A DNA stretch of 61,583 nt, filler included. It is 7 parts of 7 records of this genome, joined end to end, with 100 filler letters (N's around TTAATTAATTAA, not from the genome) between each part and the next. Parts side by side here need not be neighbours in the genome. Positions count along the whole stretch, not along the records: positions 10,557 to 17,347 come from SRR31156797_7037; positions 17,448 to 26,913 come from SRR31156797_7045; 5 more parts are not named here. The stretch is one strand, 5' to 3'. The notes beneath the pieces are model-generated. The model made no database searches, was not told the origin of the DNA, and was given only the letters and a program-made list of their open reading frames with translations. This document shows, piece by piece, positions 10,557 through 20,164 of this stretch. Numbering within the stretch: position 1 is the first letter of the stretch; every line of letters starts with the position of its first letter. The position numbers and the translations under genes are program-made.

Positions 10557-11369
10557 GATTGCTTCTTCCGGGCAAGTTTCAATACATTCGCCGCAATTGG
10601 TACATGATGATCTTTCAATGTAGGAATCTTCAATACTTGAATCTCCCGATTTTTCAATGGCATCGTAAGAACAGGCATCATAACATTCACCGCATTGGGT
10701 GCAGTCGTCCTGATCAATTTCTACGTAAGCCTTAGTTATGGCATTGTGACCACAACGACTATAACATTTACCACATTTACTGCATTTTGAAGTGTCGATA
10801 TATGCTTTACCACTTACTTTTGAAATTGCATTATCGGAGCAAACGCTGGAGCATTTGCTAACACAACCATGGCAGTTGCTTTTAACGGAATAATTCTCAA
10901 CAACGTATTCTATCGCATTGCCTTCGTTCTTGCATTGTGTAATACAGTCGCCGCAACCCACGCAATCCGACTTAATGGAATAAGAGCCTGATGCAATTTT
11001 TAGGGCATCGTAATCACACGACGAAACACAATCGTTACAGCCGGTACAAGCGCTAGAGTTTATGTTGTAACTCTTTTCGGGCATAACAATAGCATCATCA
11101 TCGCATACGCTAACGCACCAGCTGCACATACTGCAATCGCTCACTGAAATGGAGTAGCTCGAAACACCATCTGTAATTATTGCGTTGTAATTACAAACAT
11201 CCTCGCAATCTCCACAGCCTATGCAACTGGCTTCATCAATTGTAAGTGTTTCGTATAAACTTTCGGTGCACGAACTGATAACCGGGCTAAGTAAAATGCT
11301 ACCGCCAAAGGCTTTTAGTCCGGTTTTTAGAAAAGCCCTGCGTTCATTCCTGGTTTTTTTTTCCTTCAT
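10557..11369 (-). CDS. Tat-signal lipoprotein polyferredoxin, at least 8 [4Fe-4S] motifs (3' truncated)
   Basis: ERRAFLK twin-arginine motif and ISSC lipobox-like sequence; seven CxxCxxCxxxC motifs and one CxxCxxxCxxxC motif. Confidence 0.85.
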
Positions 11370-11378
11370 CTGTTCTGT

Positions 11379-12716
11379 TTAAAAATAAAATCGTGCCTCC
11401 AGGCGACCCAGATATGCTTTTTCTTCCAGCTCGCCACCACTAATAATACCACCTTTAAATTTAAGGTGTAATTTGTCTCTTAATTGTTTTCCTATTTCAA
11501 TATCCCATTCATTTAAATTGCCATTGTTTAATTGTCCCGCATTTTGGAATTTAAAGCTCATTTTAGCCGAAGGGATACTGTATTTCAAGCCAAGGAGGTA
11601 TATCGGTAAATTCACTGCATCAAGGCGCAATACTTCTCCTGCCAAAATATTGCTGTAGGAGTTTAGCACCGTCGCATTCTTATCAATTTCGGTGAAAGCA
11701 TAATAGGCGGCATTTAATGCCAGACGGTTTCCGCTTTTTAAGCGAAATCTTTTTTCCATTTCTGCAAGATAAATAAGTCCTTTGTTGCTTTCTTCGTATT
11801 GATAAAGCACTTCAGGATTGAAGTAAATCTCTCCCGGTAATTTTAAGGAAACGAAAAGGCCTGTATGGAAAAAGGTATTGGAAATCCAGTCGCCAAATTC
11901 GGAATAAGCAACTATGCCTATATTTTCCAGGGCAAAGCCCATTGTTGAACTTTTTGTAGCTGATGATCCGGTTTTCAGGACCAAAAAATCGTCGGATTCG
12001 GGACTTTCAAATTTTTCATTGTTCGAAGCTTCAAATTCATCACTATCAAAAGACTCAAACTCATCATCTGCCGAAGGTGTGTCTGACTTTTTGGACTTTA
12101 AACTTTTCCCGGGGAAAAATGAAAGAGTAAAAGCTGCCAGATTTTTATCGCCAAGATTATTTCCTAAAACAGCCTGATCCTGACCAGTTTGTAAGTCATA
12201 AATAAAACCTGTGGTACAAAAAATGCCATTACGGGCAAAGTCTTTGGTAACCGAACCAGCATAAGCATTAAATTTCCATTTCCCGTAATCGATTTTCCAG
12301 TTTAATCCGGCAACTCTTTCATTCAAAAGGTAATGATCATCAAGTGCTGAACTTTGTAGCCCCAGGGTAATACTGTTTATCTCTCCCCGGTATTGGTAAA
12401 ACAATTCGCGCATACCAAAGCGGTATTGATCAAAAAGTAGTTCTTCCTCAAAATCGTATTTCCACCAGGCCTTTATGCCTCCTTCAAAATAGAGCGAATG
12501 TTTTTGAGTGCTGTAGTCGATTCCAATGAATCCCATGGCAGTATTTATCGAATTGCCATCAAGTATTCCGGTACTTATTTGTGTTTCTGCTCCTAAAAGC
12601 ACCGGGCTGTTGGCAATTGGATCAAGGTGAGCAGCCAAATGGCTGGGACATTCCCACTGCGCATGAACATTTAATATTAGGGCTAAGAAAGTTAAAGCAA
12701 GAAAGTATCGTTTCAT
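11379..12716 (-). CDS. Putative outer-membrane beta-barrel protein
   Basis: Sec signal peptide, alternating hydrophobic beta-strand pattern and terminal RLEARFYF (aromatic C-terminal beta-signal). Confidence 0.65.
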   Translation of the reverse strand: MKRYFLALTFLALILNVHAQWECPSHLAAHLDPIANSPVLLGAETQISTGILDGNSINTAMGFIGIDYSTQKHSLYFEGGIKAWWKYDFEEELLFDQYRFGMRELFYQYRGEINSITLGLQSSALDDHYLLNERVAGLNWKIDYGKWKFNAYAGSVTKDFARNGIFCTTGFIYDLQTGQDQAVLGNNLGDKNLAAFTLSFFPGKSLKSKKSDTPSADDEFESFDSDEFEASNNEKFESPESDDFLVLKTGSSATKSSTMGFALENIGIVAYSEFGDWISNTFFHTGLFVSLKLPGEIYFNPEVLYQYEESNKGLIYLAEMEKRFRLKSGNRLALNAAYYAFTEIDKNATVLNSYSNILAGEVLRLDAVNLPIYLLGLKYSIPSAKMSFKFQNAGQLNNGNLNEWDIEIGKQLRDKLHLKFKGGIISGGELEEKAYLGRLEARFYF

Positions 12717-14071
12717 TTTTTTGTTATTCCAGTTATTTCAATCGATTTAAATTTGCACTTGTCCATACAGTCTCCACAAAGAATACAGTCCTCATTGTTT
12801 AACCGGCAGTTTCTGTTTTCGTAGGTCATGGCATTGTATTTACATGATGAGCTACAACTTTTACAATCAACACATGTTTCATTTTTATTGAGTCTGGCTG
12901 CGCCCGGAATATGTGAAACCCATCCTAAAATTAATCCGACCGGGCAAAAAGCACGGCAAAATGGCCGGTAGATTAATAGGGAAGAAATCAGTAGTATGGC
13001 CAACAATACATAACCAAGTGTGTTGGCAGAGAACAGGTTATAAGCCACTTTAAATGGATCGTAATGAATAAAAATATTTGTACGCGTTACCACAATCTGC
13101 ACCAGTAAAATTGCAAGTGTAACTACTCTGAACCATTTTAAGATTAGCTGCGATTTTCTGTTTTGTAAAACCTTAATCATCCCAGGACGGAAAATAAATT
13201 CTTGTAAAGCTCCCAAATGACAAACCCAGCCACACCAAACTTTACCGAAGAAATAAGTAAGAGGTATTAATCCTAAAAACCAAAGCATTAAAACGGGTTC
13301 TACCTTTGTACCGATTAAATACATTACTGTATTTTGAAAACTGGAGATCATACATGGACAGGCACCGTTTATAAAACCCAAATAGATTATCGTTCCCAAC
13401 AACATAAAGGTTTTGAGTTTACGAGTTCTTTTAAACCGTACCAGTATGCCAGCCAGCAGCGTTAATAAAAGCACCAAAACTGATAAAGTGAAATTACGAT
13501 TGCTCCAGATTGATTGGTTTGTTTCTTCAGCTATTTCGGTTGTTTCATCTGAAAAACCAGAGAATTCATCATCTGGTAGTTCCTGGAATTCATCTGTTTC
13601 CGAAAACGTTTCAAACTCATTATTATCTGTTGTTTCTTCCAATGGTTCGAACACATCTTCTTCTGTTTCGGGAAAATTCGCTTGCGCTAAAAGTATTTTT
13701 TCTTTGGAATTAATTTGGTTGGTGCAGGTTTGTTTTTTAGGAATAAAACCTAAAGCCACTAAAGCTACCATTAATGCAGCAACTTTCCAGCTGAGTTTCC
13801 GGGTAACATAAACGGCACCTCCGGCCACAGCTAAAAGTATTAGACTAAATTTTAACCAGGGAGGGGCAGCAGTTCCTGCTCCGGTTTCACAACTTTGGGC
13901 GGTAGGGCAAGTGGCACATACCCGGTGTTTGTTAGGTTGGTAATCGTCGGTAAATTCCTCAAAAACATCCGTTTCCTGACCCTGTAAATTGTTAGTGGCT
14001 CCAAACGAAGTCAAAATAGTTACCAGTAAAATAAGGCCAAAACGGGCGATATCTAGTTTCTTCAAATTCAT
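12713..14071 (-). CDS. NapH/MauN/YccM-like membrane 4Fe-4S protein
   Basis: Multiple TM helices; ACPC, WCGWVCHLG and FCRAFCPVG motifs; two C-terminal CxxCxxCxxxC motifs. Confidence 0.85.
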   Translation of the reverse strand: MNLKKLDIARFGLILLVTILTSFGATNNLQGQETDVFEEFTDDYQPNKHRVCATCPTAQSCETGAGTAAPPWLKFSLILLAVAGGAVYVTRKLSWKVAALMVALVALGFIPKKQTCTNQINSKEKILLAQANFPETEEDVFEPLEETTDNNEFETFSETDEFQELPDDEFSGFSDETTEIAEETNQSIWSNRNFTLSVLVLLLTLLAGILVRFKRTRKLKTFMLLGTIIYLGFINGACPCMISSFQNTVMYLIGTKVEPVLMLWFLGLIPLTYFFGKVWCGWVCHLGALQEFIFRPGMIKVLQNRKSQLILKWFRVVTLAILLVQIVVTRTNIFIHYDPFKVAYNLFSANTLGYVLLAILLISSLLIYRPFCRAFCPVGLILGWVSHIPGAARLNKNETCVDCKSCSSSCKYNAMTYENRNCRLNNEDCILCGDCMDKCKFKSIEITGITKK

Positions 14072-14458
14072 TTAAACGGTGGTGGCTCTTGTGAGTTTTA
14101 TTTTACCATATCCTCCTTCTTTGTCGCATGTGCGAATAGCCTCAAGAATCATTTCTTTCGAATCTCCCTTTAATACTTTTAGTTTTAGTTTACGTTCAAA
14201 TTTTCCTTTGGCATATTCCTTCCACTTTGTGGCACCTAAAACTTTAATTCCTTCGTATTTAAACTTTGTATTTTCAATGCCTTCAGGACAAACACGGTGA
14301 GTGAAAACCACATTTACTTTTACAATGATCTCATCTCCTTCCTTAAAACTTTCTTTTTTCTCATCACCCATTACCGTAAAATCAATTTCGCAGGCTTTTA
14401 TTTGCTGTCCGGTAAAAAGGACAACCAGCAGAAATAAAGTTGTTATTACATGTTTCAT
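14072..14458 (-). CDS. Secreted small three-Cys protein (paralog A)
   Basis: Signal peptide ending at IKA-C; motifs CEIDF, HRVCPEG and RTCDKEGG; beta-rich. Confidence 0.75.
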   Translation of the reverse strand: MKHVITTLFLLVVLFTGQQIKACEIDFTVMGDEKKESFKEGDEIIVKVNVVFTHRVCPEGIENTKFKYEGIKVLGATKWKEYAKGKFERKLKLKVLKGDSKEMILEAIRTCDKEGGYGKIKLTRATTV

Positions 14459-14461
14459 ATT

Positions 14462-15460
14462 TTAGATTTTAATGATTTCTAATAGTTGGCTCATGATGAA
14501 TATTGCTACCATAATAAACAGCGAGAGATGTATGGTTAATTTCTTACCCAGGTATTTTAGCAACATCATAAACGACGAAACACAAATGGCTGTTGAGGTT
14601 AACGAGAATGCAATGGAAGTGCCAAGTGATAAACCACCATACTGTACCAATGGTTGTAGAAATAGTATATCGGCTCCATTACAAAAATAAATGGGCATTC
14701 CAACTAATATAAATGCTGTTGCACTTAATGGCCCTTCTTTTAATTGTAACTTTTCTAAAAGTTCGGTTGGTTGGAATATCTCGAAAGTGAGACTGATTAC
14801 TCCTGCAATCAGAAGATAGGGAATTAACTTTTTAAATATCAGAAAGGTTTCGGTGTAAACACTTTTGCCTTGAACAGTACACGTTGTTTGGCTTGAGCAG
14901 CTCAATAATTTCTCTGGGTCGGGAATGTTGATTTTTGGCGCCACCCATTCGGCAAAGTAACCAGCGCCAACTGCCAGAATTAATGATGAAATAATTCTGA
15001 TAAAAGCATATTCGTTTCCCAAAACTGTAAACGATAGTGCAACGATGTATGGATTTAACAAGGGGGCTGCTACAACAAAGGTTATTATGGTTCGTAAACG
15101 CAATTGCCCTTGCATTGCTCCCATCATTGGGATAGCAGAGCAGGAACATACCGGAATTACGGAAGCGTATAAAAAGGCTGAAAACTGGTTTCGTGGATAT
15201 AGACGTTTATATTTTATAAAGTGTTTCTGTAATAAAGTCCCAATAAAAATCCCAATTAAAACAGTCATAAAAAGATCGACTGTAAACTCGTACATTAAAA
15301 AAAGCCAACGAGGTAGGGTGGTAAATAGAATACATTTCTCGCGGGTATGGTATGTAATGCCATAATAAGTTTTATAAACAAAATCGACCAACAATATCGT
15401 CAGTACGAAATATATTATCAGCACATAAATAAAATCCTTATTTGTAACTCTGTTTTCCAA
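14462..15460 (-). CDS. DUF318/ArsP-like permease
   Basis: Polytopic membrane protein with PVCSCSAIP, AAPLLNP and PIYFCNG motifs and a central loop containing CSSQTTC. Confidence 0.82.
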   Translation of the reverse strand: MENRVTNKDFIYVLIIYFVLTILLVDFVYKTYYGITYHTREKCILFTTLPRWLFLMYEFTVDLFMTVLIGIFIGTLLQKHFIKYKRLYPRNQFSAFLYASVIPVCSCSAIPMMGAMQGQLRLRTIITFVVAAPLLNPYIVALSFTVLGNEYAFIRIISSLILAVGAGYFAEWVAPKINIPDPEKLLSCSSQTTCTVQGKSVYTETFLIFKKLIPYLLIAGVISLTFEIFQPTELLEKLQLKEGPLSATAFILVGMPIYFCNGADILFLQPLVQYGGLSLGTSIAFSLTSTAICVSSFMMLLKYLGKKLTIHLSLFIMVAIFIMSQLLEIIKI

Positions 15461-15470
15461 ATTATTCGTT

Positions 15471-15854
15471 CTATGGCCCGGTTTTAAAACTTTTTTGCTG
15501 AAAACAATTGTAATGAGCAGTTTTTCTGTAAGCCGTTAAAGTTTTATCTCCCTTTTTTTTGAGTACAGTTAATACCAGCCTTTGCCCTAAAGTATTTTTC
15601 GAAAATTTTTTCCATTCAGAGCGTTCTACAATTTTTAATCCTTTGCTAAATACTTTGGTAACATTACCGGCTTCATCGCAAAAATCATCATCGAGCCTAA
15701 CTTTTACCAAAACTGTAATTGTATCGTTTATACTATATGTTATTTTTTCATTTTGCACAACAATATCAATTTGGCAACCTTTGTCGGATGCCATGCTAAA
15801 TGTTGCAAACAGGCTTAAAATAAGACCAAATAAACTACGAAGTATTTGTTGCAT
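15471..15854 (-). CDS. Secreted small three-Cys protein (paralog B)
   Basis: Signal peptide; CQIDI, DFCDEAG and late Cys; TKxxxxGxKxxxxxxWK shared with 14072-14458. Confidence 0.72.
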   Translation of the reverse strand: MQQILRSLFGLILSLFATFSMASDKGCQIDIVVQNEKITYSINDTITVLVKVRLDDDFCDEAGNVTKVFSKGLKIVERSEWKKFSKNTLGQRLVLTVLKKKGDKTLTAYRKTAHYNCFQQKSFKTGP

Positions 15855-16030
15855 AACGAATATTCATTTTATATCCTTCCTGTTGCTCGTGCAAATCACC
15901 GGTGAGGTTAATTGCCTTCATCGCATTTTTATTACATAAGGATAAACTGAAAGTTGGACACGCAAAGTATTTAAAACTTGTGGAAAAAGCTGAAGACGGG
16001 TGAATTTAGAATTGGAATAAATAAAAAATG

Positions 16031-16810
16031 TTAGCCTGAAATGCTTTTTATAAACTGAATGCTGTGTTGGTTAAAGGCATCGGGTTGGTCGATATTGCAA
16101 ACATGTCCGCTGTTTTTAATCACCTCAAGTTTCGAGTTAAAATGCTTTTGAACCAGGTTCGAAACCATGGGTAAAAACATATGGTCGCGGTCGCCCATTA
16201 AATACAATACCGGGGCTGAAGCTTCTTTGATAAGAAACTCCTGGAGATTGTCTTTTATCTCGGTTGACATGCAGAGCCATTTTTTAAATTCGCGCTCGCC
16301 CAAACGAATAGCTTCTTTAATAAAGAGTTTTCTCGATTCTATATCTTTTTTGTATGGGATTAGTATCCAGGCATTTATCCTGTAAAGCCACATGTATGGG
16401 AAAATGGATTGTAGCAATTTTGCTACCGAAACCAGAGCCCTTATGCGCGAATTGAATTGTACAACCGCACCACCCAGAATAATTGATTCGGCTCTGCCTG
16501 GGGCAAGCTTGTCCATTGCGCGGATAATAATACATCCTAATGAAATGCCAACAAGGTGAGCCTTTTTTATTTGTAAATGGTCCATTGTGCGGATTACGTC
16601 CAGGGCAATTTCGTCAAACTGATAAATTTCTTCTTTGGTGTACTCTTTTTTCGATTTTCCGTGTCCACGGAGATCAACCAAAAGGACATTGAAATATTTT
16701 TTGAATTCTCGCAGTTGCCTAAACCATACGATATTACTTCCCCCGGCGCCGTGCACAAACACAACCCAGGTTTTTGATGTTTTATGTGAAAATACCTTGT
16801 GGTAAAGCAT
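16031..16810 (-). CDS. Alpha/beta hydrolase
   Basis: FVHGAGG, DLRGHG, GISLG nucleophile elbow and SGHVCN. Confidence 0.88.
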   Translation of the reverse strand: MLYHKVFSHKTSKTWVVFVHGAGGSNIVWFRQLREFKKYFNVLLVDLRGHGKSKKEYTKEEIYQFDEIALDVIRTMDHLQIKKAHLVGISLGCIIIRAMDKLAPGRAESIILGGAVVQFNSRIRALVSVAKLLQSIFPYMWLYRINAWILIPYKKDIESRKLFIKEAIRLGEREFKKWLCMSTEIKDNLQEFLIKEASAPVLYLMGDRDHMFLPMVSNLVQKHFNSKLEVIKNSGHVCNIDQPDAFNQHSIQFIKSISG

Positions 16811-16875
16811 GGCTCAAAAGTAAAATTATTTCAAGATAACAACAAACATCTTTTAATGTTGCGTGATTGAATTTT

Positions 16876-17347
16876 TTAATCTGTTTTTTTTGCCAGTTTG
16901 TATTCGGGCACTTCTTTTAATTCCTCATGTGTTTCGGTTAGTAATTCTTTTAAAGGAATGTGTTTTGGCACCTTGGTTAAGTCAACCTTGTTTATGTTTT
17001 CTTTGGTGGGTAGTTCGCCAGGAAACCAATGACTTTTTTGCGTAAAAACCTTATATCGATATTTGGCATAGTCTTTCATGTCGTAGCATTTCCAGAGCCG
17101 TCGCAATCGCAGTATCTCAGGGATATTAATTCCCGAAGGATCGTGTAGGATATCGAAACCTTCGTAATTACCATACAGATCATCATTTATAAAGCCATCC
17201 AGTTTTAGTTTTATATTATAATCTTCTGCACTCCAGGGGATTTGTGTTGGGAATATCCCTTTCATTTCTTTAAAATGCTTGGGTTCGGTAATCCCAAACG
17301 ACAAAGTATGTATTGCAGGATTGTTTAAACAAAAACGGGAATTCCAC
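16876..17347 (-). CDS. Aldo/keto reductase, C-terminal part (5' truncated)
   Basis: Frame is open from the gap (RFCLNNPAIHTLSFG); C-terminal GINIPEILRL...YAKYRY...HWFPG tail seen in AKRs carrying an Fe-S-type extension. Confidence 0.65.
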
Positions 17348-17447
17348 NNNNNNNNNNNNNNNNNNNNNNNNNNNNNNNNNNNNNNNNNNNNTTAATTAAT
17401 TAANNNNNNNNNNNNNNNNNNNNNNNNNNNNNNNNNNNNNNNNNNNN
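17348..17447. other. Artificial contig spacer
   Basis: Same linker; GC content jumps on the right side. Confidence 0.97.
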
Positions 17448-17586
17448 AATGGGAAATTGTGCCCCGTCGACAAGGGATCATGCAAGAACCGATAACAACT
17501 CAATGGAGACCAAATTCACCACTTGTTTCAGCGCCCCGGGTTCCGATACTTAATGAAAGCCGACAGCCAATGAATGAGGTAGAAAA

Positions 17587-18573
17587 ATGGCGGGTCCGAC
17601 CGGTAGCAGCAAAAATGACCCTCGCGGGATGATGGATCCGCAGATGGCCGCGGCCATGGACAGGATGGCCGAAATCGCCTCCGAACTCGGCGACATGCCG
17701 GAGGAACCATCCTACGAACAGATCCGCGCCCGCATGTTGAGCGAAAAAAGCTTCTGGAATGAAGACCCGCTGCCACTGGCGGCAATCGAGAATATTTCGA
17801 TCCCGGGACCGGGCCGCGATGTGCCGGTGCGGATTTATCGATCAAGCACCGATGCCAGCCTACCGGCAATCGTGCACTTTCACGGCGGCGGTTGGGTCAA
17901 GGGCAGCCCCGATTCGCATGATCGGGTCGGCCGGGCACTGGCCCGGGAAAGCGGCAGCGTCGTTTTTTCGGTGGATTACGTTCTGTCGCCGGAATACCCC
18001 TTCCCGGAACCGCTCAAGGATTGCATCGCGGCGGTCTTGGCCATCGCCGATAATGCCGACGACCTCGGCATCGATACCGGATGTTTGGCGCTTTCCGGCG
18101 ATTCGGCGGGCGCCAACCTGGCCATGGCGACGGCCCAGCATTTCAAAGAGGATCGCCCCGGCCTGATCAAGGCCCTGTTGCTTTTCTACGGCGTTTTCGG
18201 GCTGGATCTGAACACCGAGTCCTACCTGACATTCGGCGGCGGCGAATTCGGCTTGTCGCGGGACGAAATGGCGGACTACTGGGACGCCTACTTGAAAGAC
18301 CGGAACGATCGCGAAGATCCGAAAGCGGTCCCGATGAGGGCGGACCTGACCGATCTGCCGCCGGCACATCTATGTGCGGCCGGGCTTGACGTTCTGCGCG
18401 ACGATACGCTCAATCTTGCACGTCGCCTCGAGGACGCTGGGATTCCCATCGAGTTGAAGGTTTACGACGGCGTCTGCCACGGGTTCATCGGGCTCGGACG
18501 CATGGTCGATGCCAGCAACGCTGCCATCGCCAATGCCGCCGCTTTTGCCGAGCGGATTTATCGGAATTCCTGA
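17587..18573 (+). CDS. HSL-family (family IV) esterase/lipase
   Basis: HFHGGGW, GDSAG, DVLRDD and HGF motifs. Confidence 0.92.
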   Translation: MAGPTGSSKNDPRGMMDPQMAAAMDRMAEIASELGDMPEEPSYEQIRARMLSEKSFWNEDPLPLAAIENISIPGPGRDVPVRIYRSSTDASLPAIVHFHGGGWVKGSPDSHDRVGRALARESGSVVFSVDYVLSPEYPFPEPLKDCIAAVLAIADNADDLGIDTGCLALSGDSAGANLAMATAQHFKEDRPGLIKALLLFYGVFGLDLNTESYLTFGGGEFGLSRDEMADYWDAYLKDRNDREDPKAVPMRADLTDLPPAHLCAAGLDVLRDDTLNLARRLEDAGIPIELKVYDGVCHGFIGLGRMVDASNAAIANAAAFAERIYRNS

Positions 18574-18617
18574 GGAACTTCAAACATTCGACCGTCTCGT
18601 CTGGCCCGCTTGCACAA

Positions 18618-19214
18618 TCAGGACTTGATCGCCCCGCATCCGCGAAGCTTGGAACCGGGCAGTCTGGCGGAAACGCCTTCTTGAACGGGTCTTGTTCCCG
18701 GGAACAACAAAACGCGTTTGACCGACGAATTGCGAAGCACCTCGTTGACCGGGTCCAGAAGATTTTTCTCGGCCGATTCGATATCCAAGTGGCGGTCGCG
18801 ATCCAACCGGATAGGATGTTGATACAGTTCGGTAACAACCGCATCCTGGATTCGCGGTGACATACTGCAAACGGCACTCGCCGACTTGGTCGCCACTTCC
18901 AAAACCAGGGTCATCGGACGCGACTTGCGGTGGCGGCTTCCCGGTCGGACCGTCGGCGCCATGAAGGATTGCATCTGAACATGGGTCCAGGCGGGCAGCG
19001 GCGACGGTGGCGGAGTTTCTGACGGTTCTTCGGCAACCGCGGAATAGCTGGTCGGAAGAACCGAAATGGCTACGGTGAAAAGGAATAAAGCCGACAGACG
19101 TGGAAATGCTCTTAACAAAGGAGGCGTCCTCAGACTGGCGTTATCTCCTCCTTCCTCTTTCCCATTACCGAAGATAGTACCGCTTGGCCAGCCGCGCAAT
19201 GGCGGATTTTTCAT
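18618..19214 (-). CDS. FliL-like exported protein (start uncertain)
   Basis: Hydrophobic N-terminal segment, Pro-rich linker, then MTLVLEV...PRIQDAV...VNEVL...VKRVLL, resembling the FliL periplasmic domain. The ORF-track start at 19349 overlaps the upstream gene. Confidence 0.5.
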   Translation of the reverse strand: MKNPPLRGWPSGTIFGNGKEEGGDNASLRTPPLLRAFPRLSALFLFTVAISVLPTSYSAVAEEPSETPPPSPLPAWTHVQMQSFMAPTVRPGSRHRKSRPMTLVLEVATKSASAVCSMSPRIQDAVVTELYQHPIRLDRDRHLDIESAEKNLLDPVNEVLRNSSVKRVLLFPGTRPVQEGVSARLPGSKLRGCGAIKS

Positions 19215-19275
19215 CGCATGTCCGTGCCGGCATATCCGGCACGGACGGCAAAAAAATCTCAGCGCAGATACGAAC

Positions 19276-19983
19276 TCAGTGAATATCGTCCTGCTTTTCG
19301 AAGGCCTGACGCAGATCCGCCACCGAAAAACCGGGTTGACGGGCGGCATTGATGACGACCGCTTCCTTGCGGGCGATCATCGCCGCGCAATCCGGAATGT
19401 CCCGAGCGATTTCCGGCGGAATAACAACGGCACCGTGCCGATCGGCATGGATTAAATCCCAGGAAGACACATTCATGCCGGAAACCGTCACATCGGCGCC
19501 GAAAGCGACAACATGCACGAAAGCATGGGACGGCTTGATGGTGGCCGAAATGAACTGGAAGCCCTCGGCACAATCGGGAATGTCGCGCACGCAGCCGTCG
19601 GTAATGGTGCCAAGCGATCCAAGACCTTTATGCACATTGGACTGCACCTCGCCCCAGAACGACCCGTATCCCTTGATGGGATCCAGATCCTGAATGACGA
19701 TAATCGATGGTCTCGGCCCGTCTTCAACATATTCATAGTAACCGATGCGCGTTGCCTGCACGTCTTCGGCCGGTCCCTGCGGCGGATCCATGGCGCGGAT
19801 GGTGGCGGTTCGAGCATAGCCAACCATGGGCGGCAGATCCGGGTATGAACAGATCAAAGGCTCAACCGTATACCCGAAACCGCGCCGGGCCGGCATCAGT
19901 ACCTCGATGGCATTACAGACGGTCGGCGTGTCGAGCGCACGCAGGGCGGCAAGGTCCGCTTCGCTTAAGGGCTGGGTCGTCAT
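19276..19983 (-). CDS. RraA/HMG-CHA aldolase family protein
   Basis: DTPTVCNA, GYARTATI, FWGEV, TDGCVRD and HADRHGAVVIP motifs. Confidence 0.88.
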   Translation of the reverse strand: MTTQPLSEADLAALRALDTPTVCNAIEVLMPARRGFGYTVEPLICSYPDLPPMVGYARTATIRAMDPPQGPAEDVQATRIGYYEYVEDGPRPSIIVIQDLDPIKGYGSFWGEVQSNVHKGLGSLGTITDGCVRDIPDCAEGFQFISATIKPSHAFVHVVAFGADVTVSGMNVSSWDLIHADRHGAVVIPPEIARDIPDCAAMIARKEAVVINAARQPGFSVADLRQAFEKQDDIH

Positions 19984-20164
19984 CTTTGGAGCCTCCTCTG
20001 TTTCGGTTCACCGTTTTGTTTCTTCCGGGGGATCACACTGTCATAGGGCTCATCTTTCCGGCGTGCAACCGGATGCGTCAAGCCCCTGTTTTTTCCGGCA
20101 TTGATGGCAGCCTGCGGTCGAAGAACACCGCTGGCGAGATCGTCGACGTCGGCAATCGGACCGG

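Noticed and set aside
10557-15854. Selenoprotein read-through in the Cys-rich operon
   Set aside because: The complete ORFs end in TAA/TAG and abut the next gene; no in-frame TGA at a Cys-motif position was seen.
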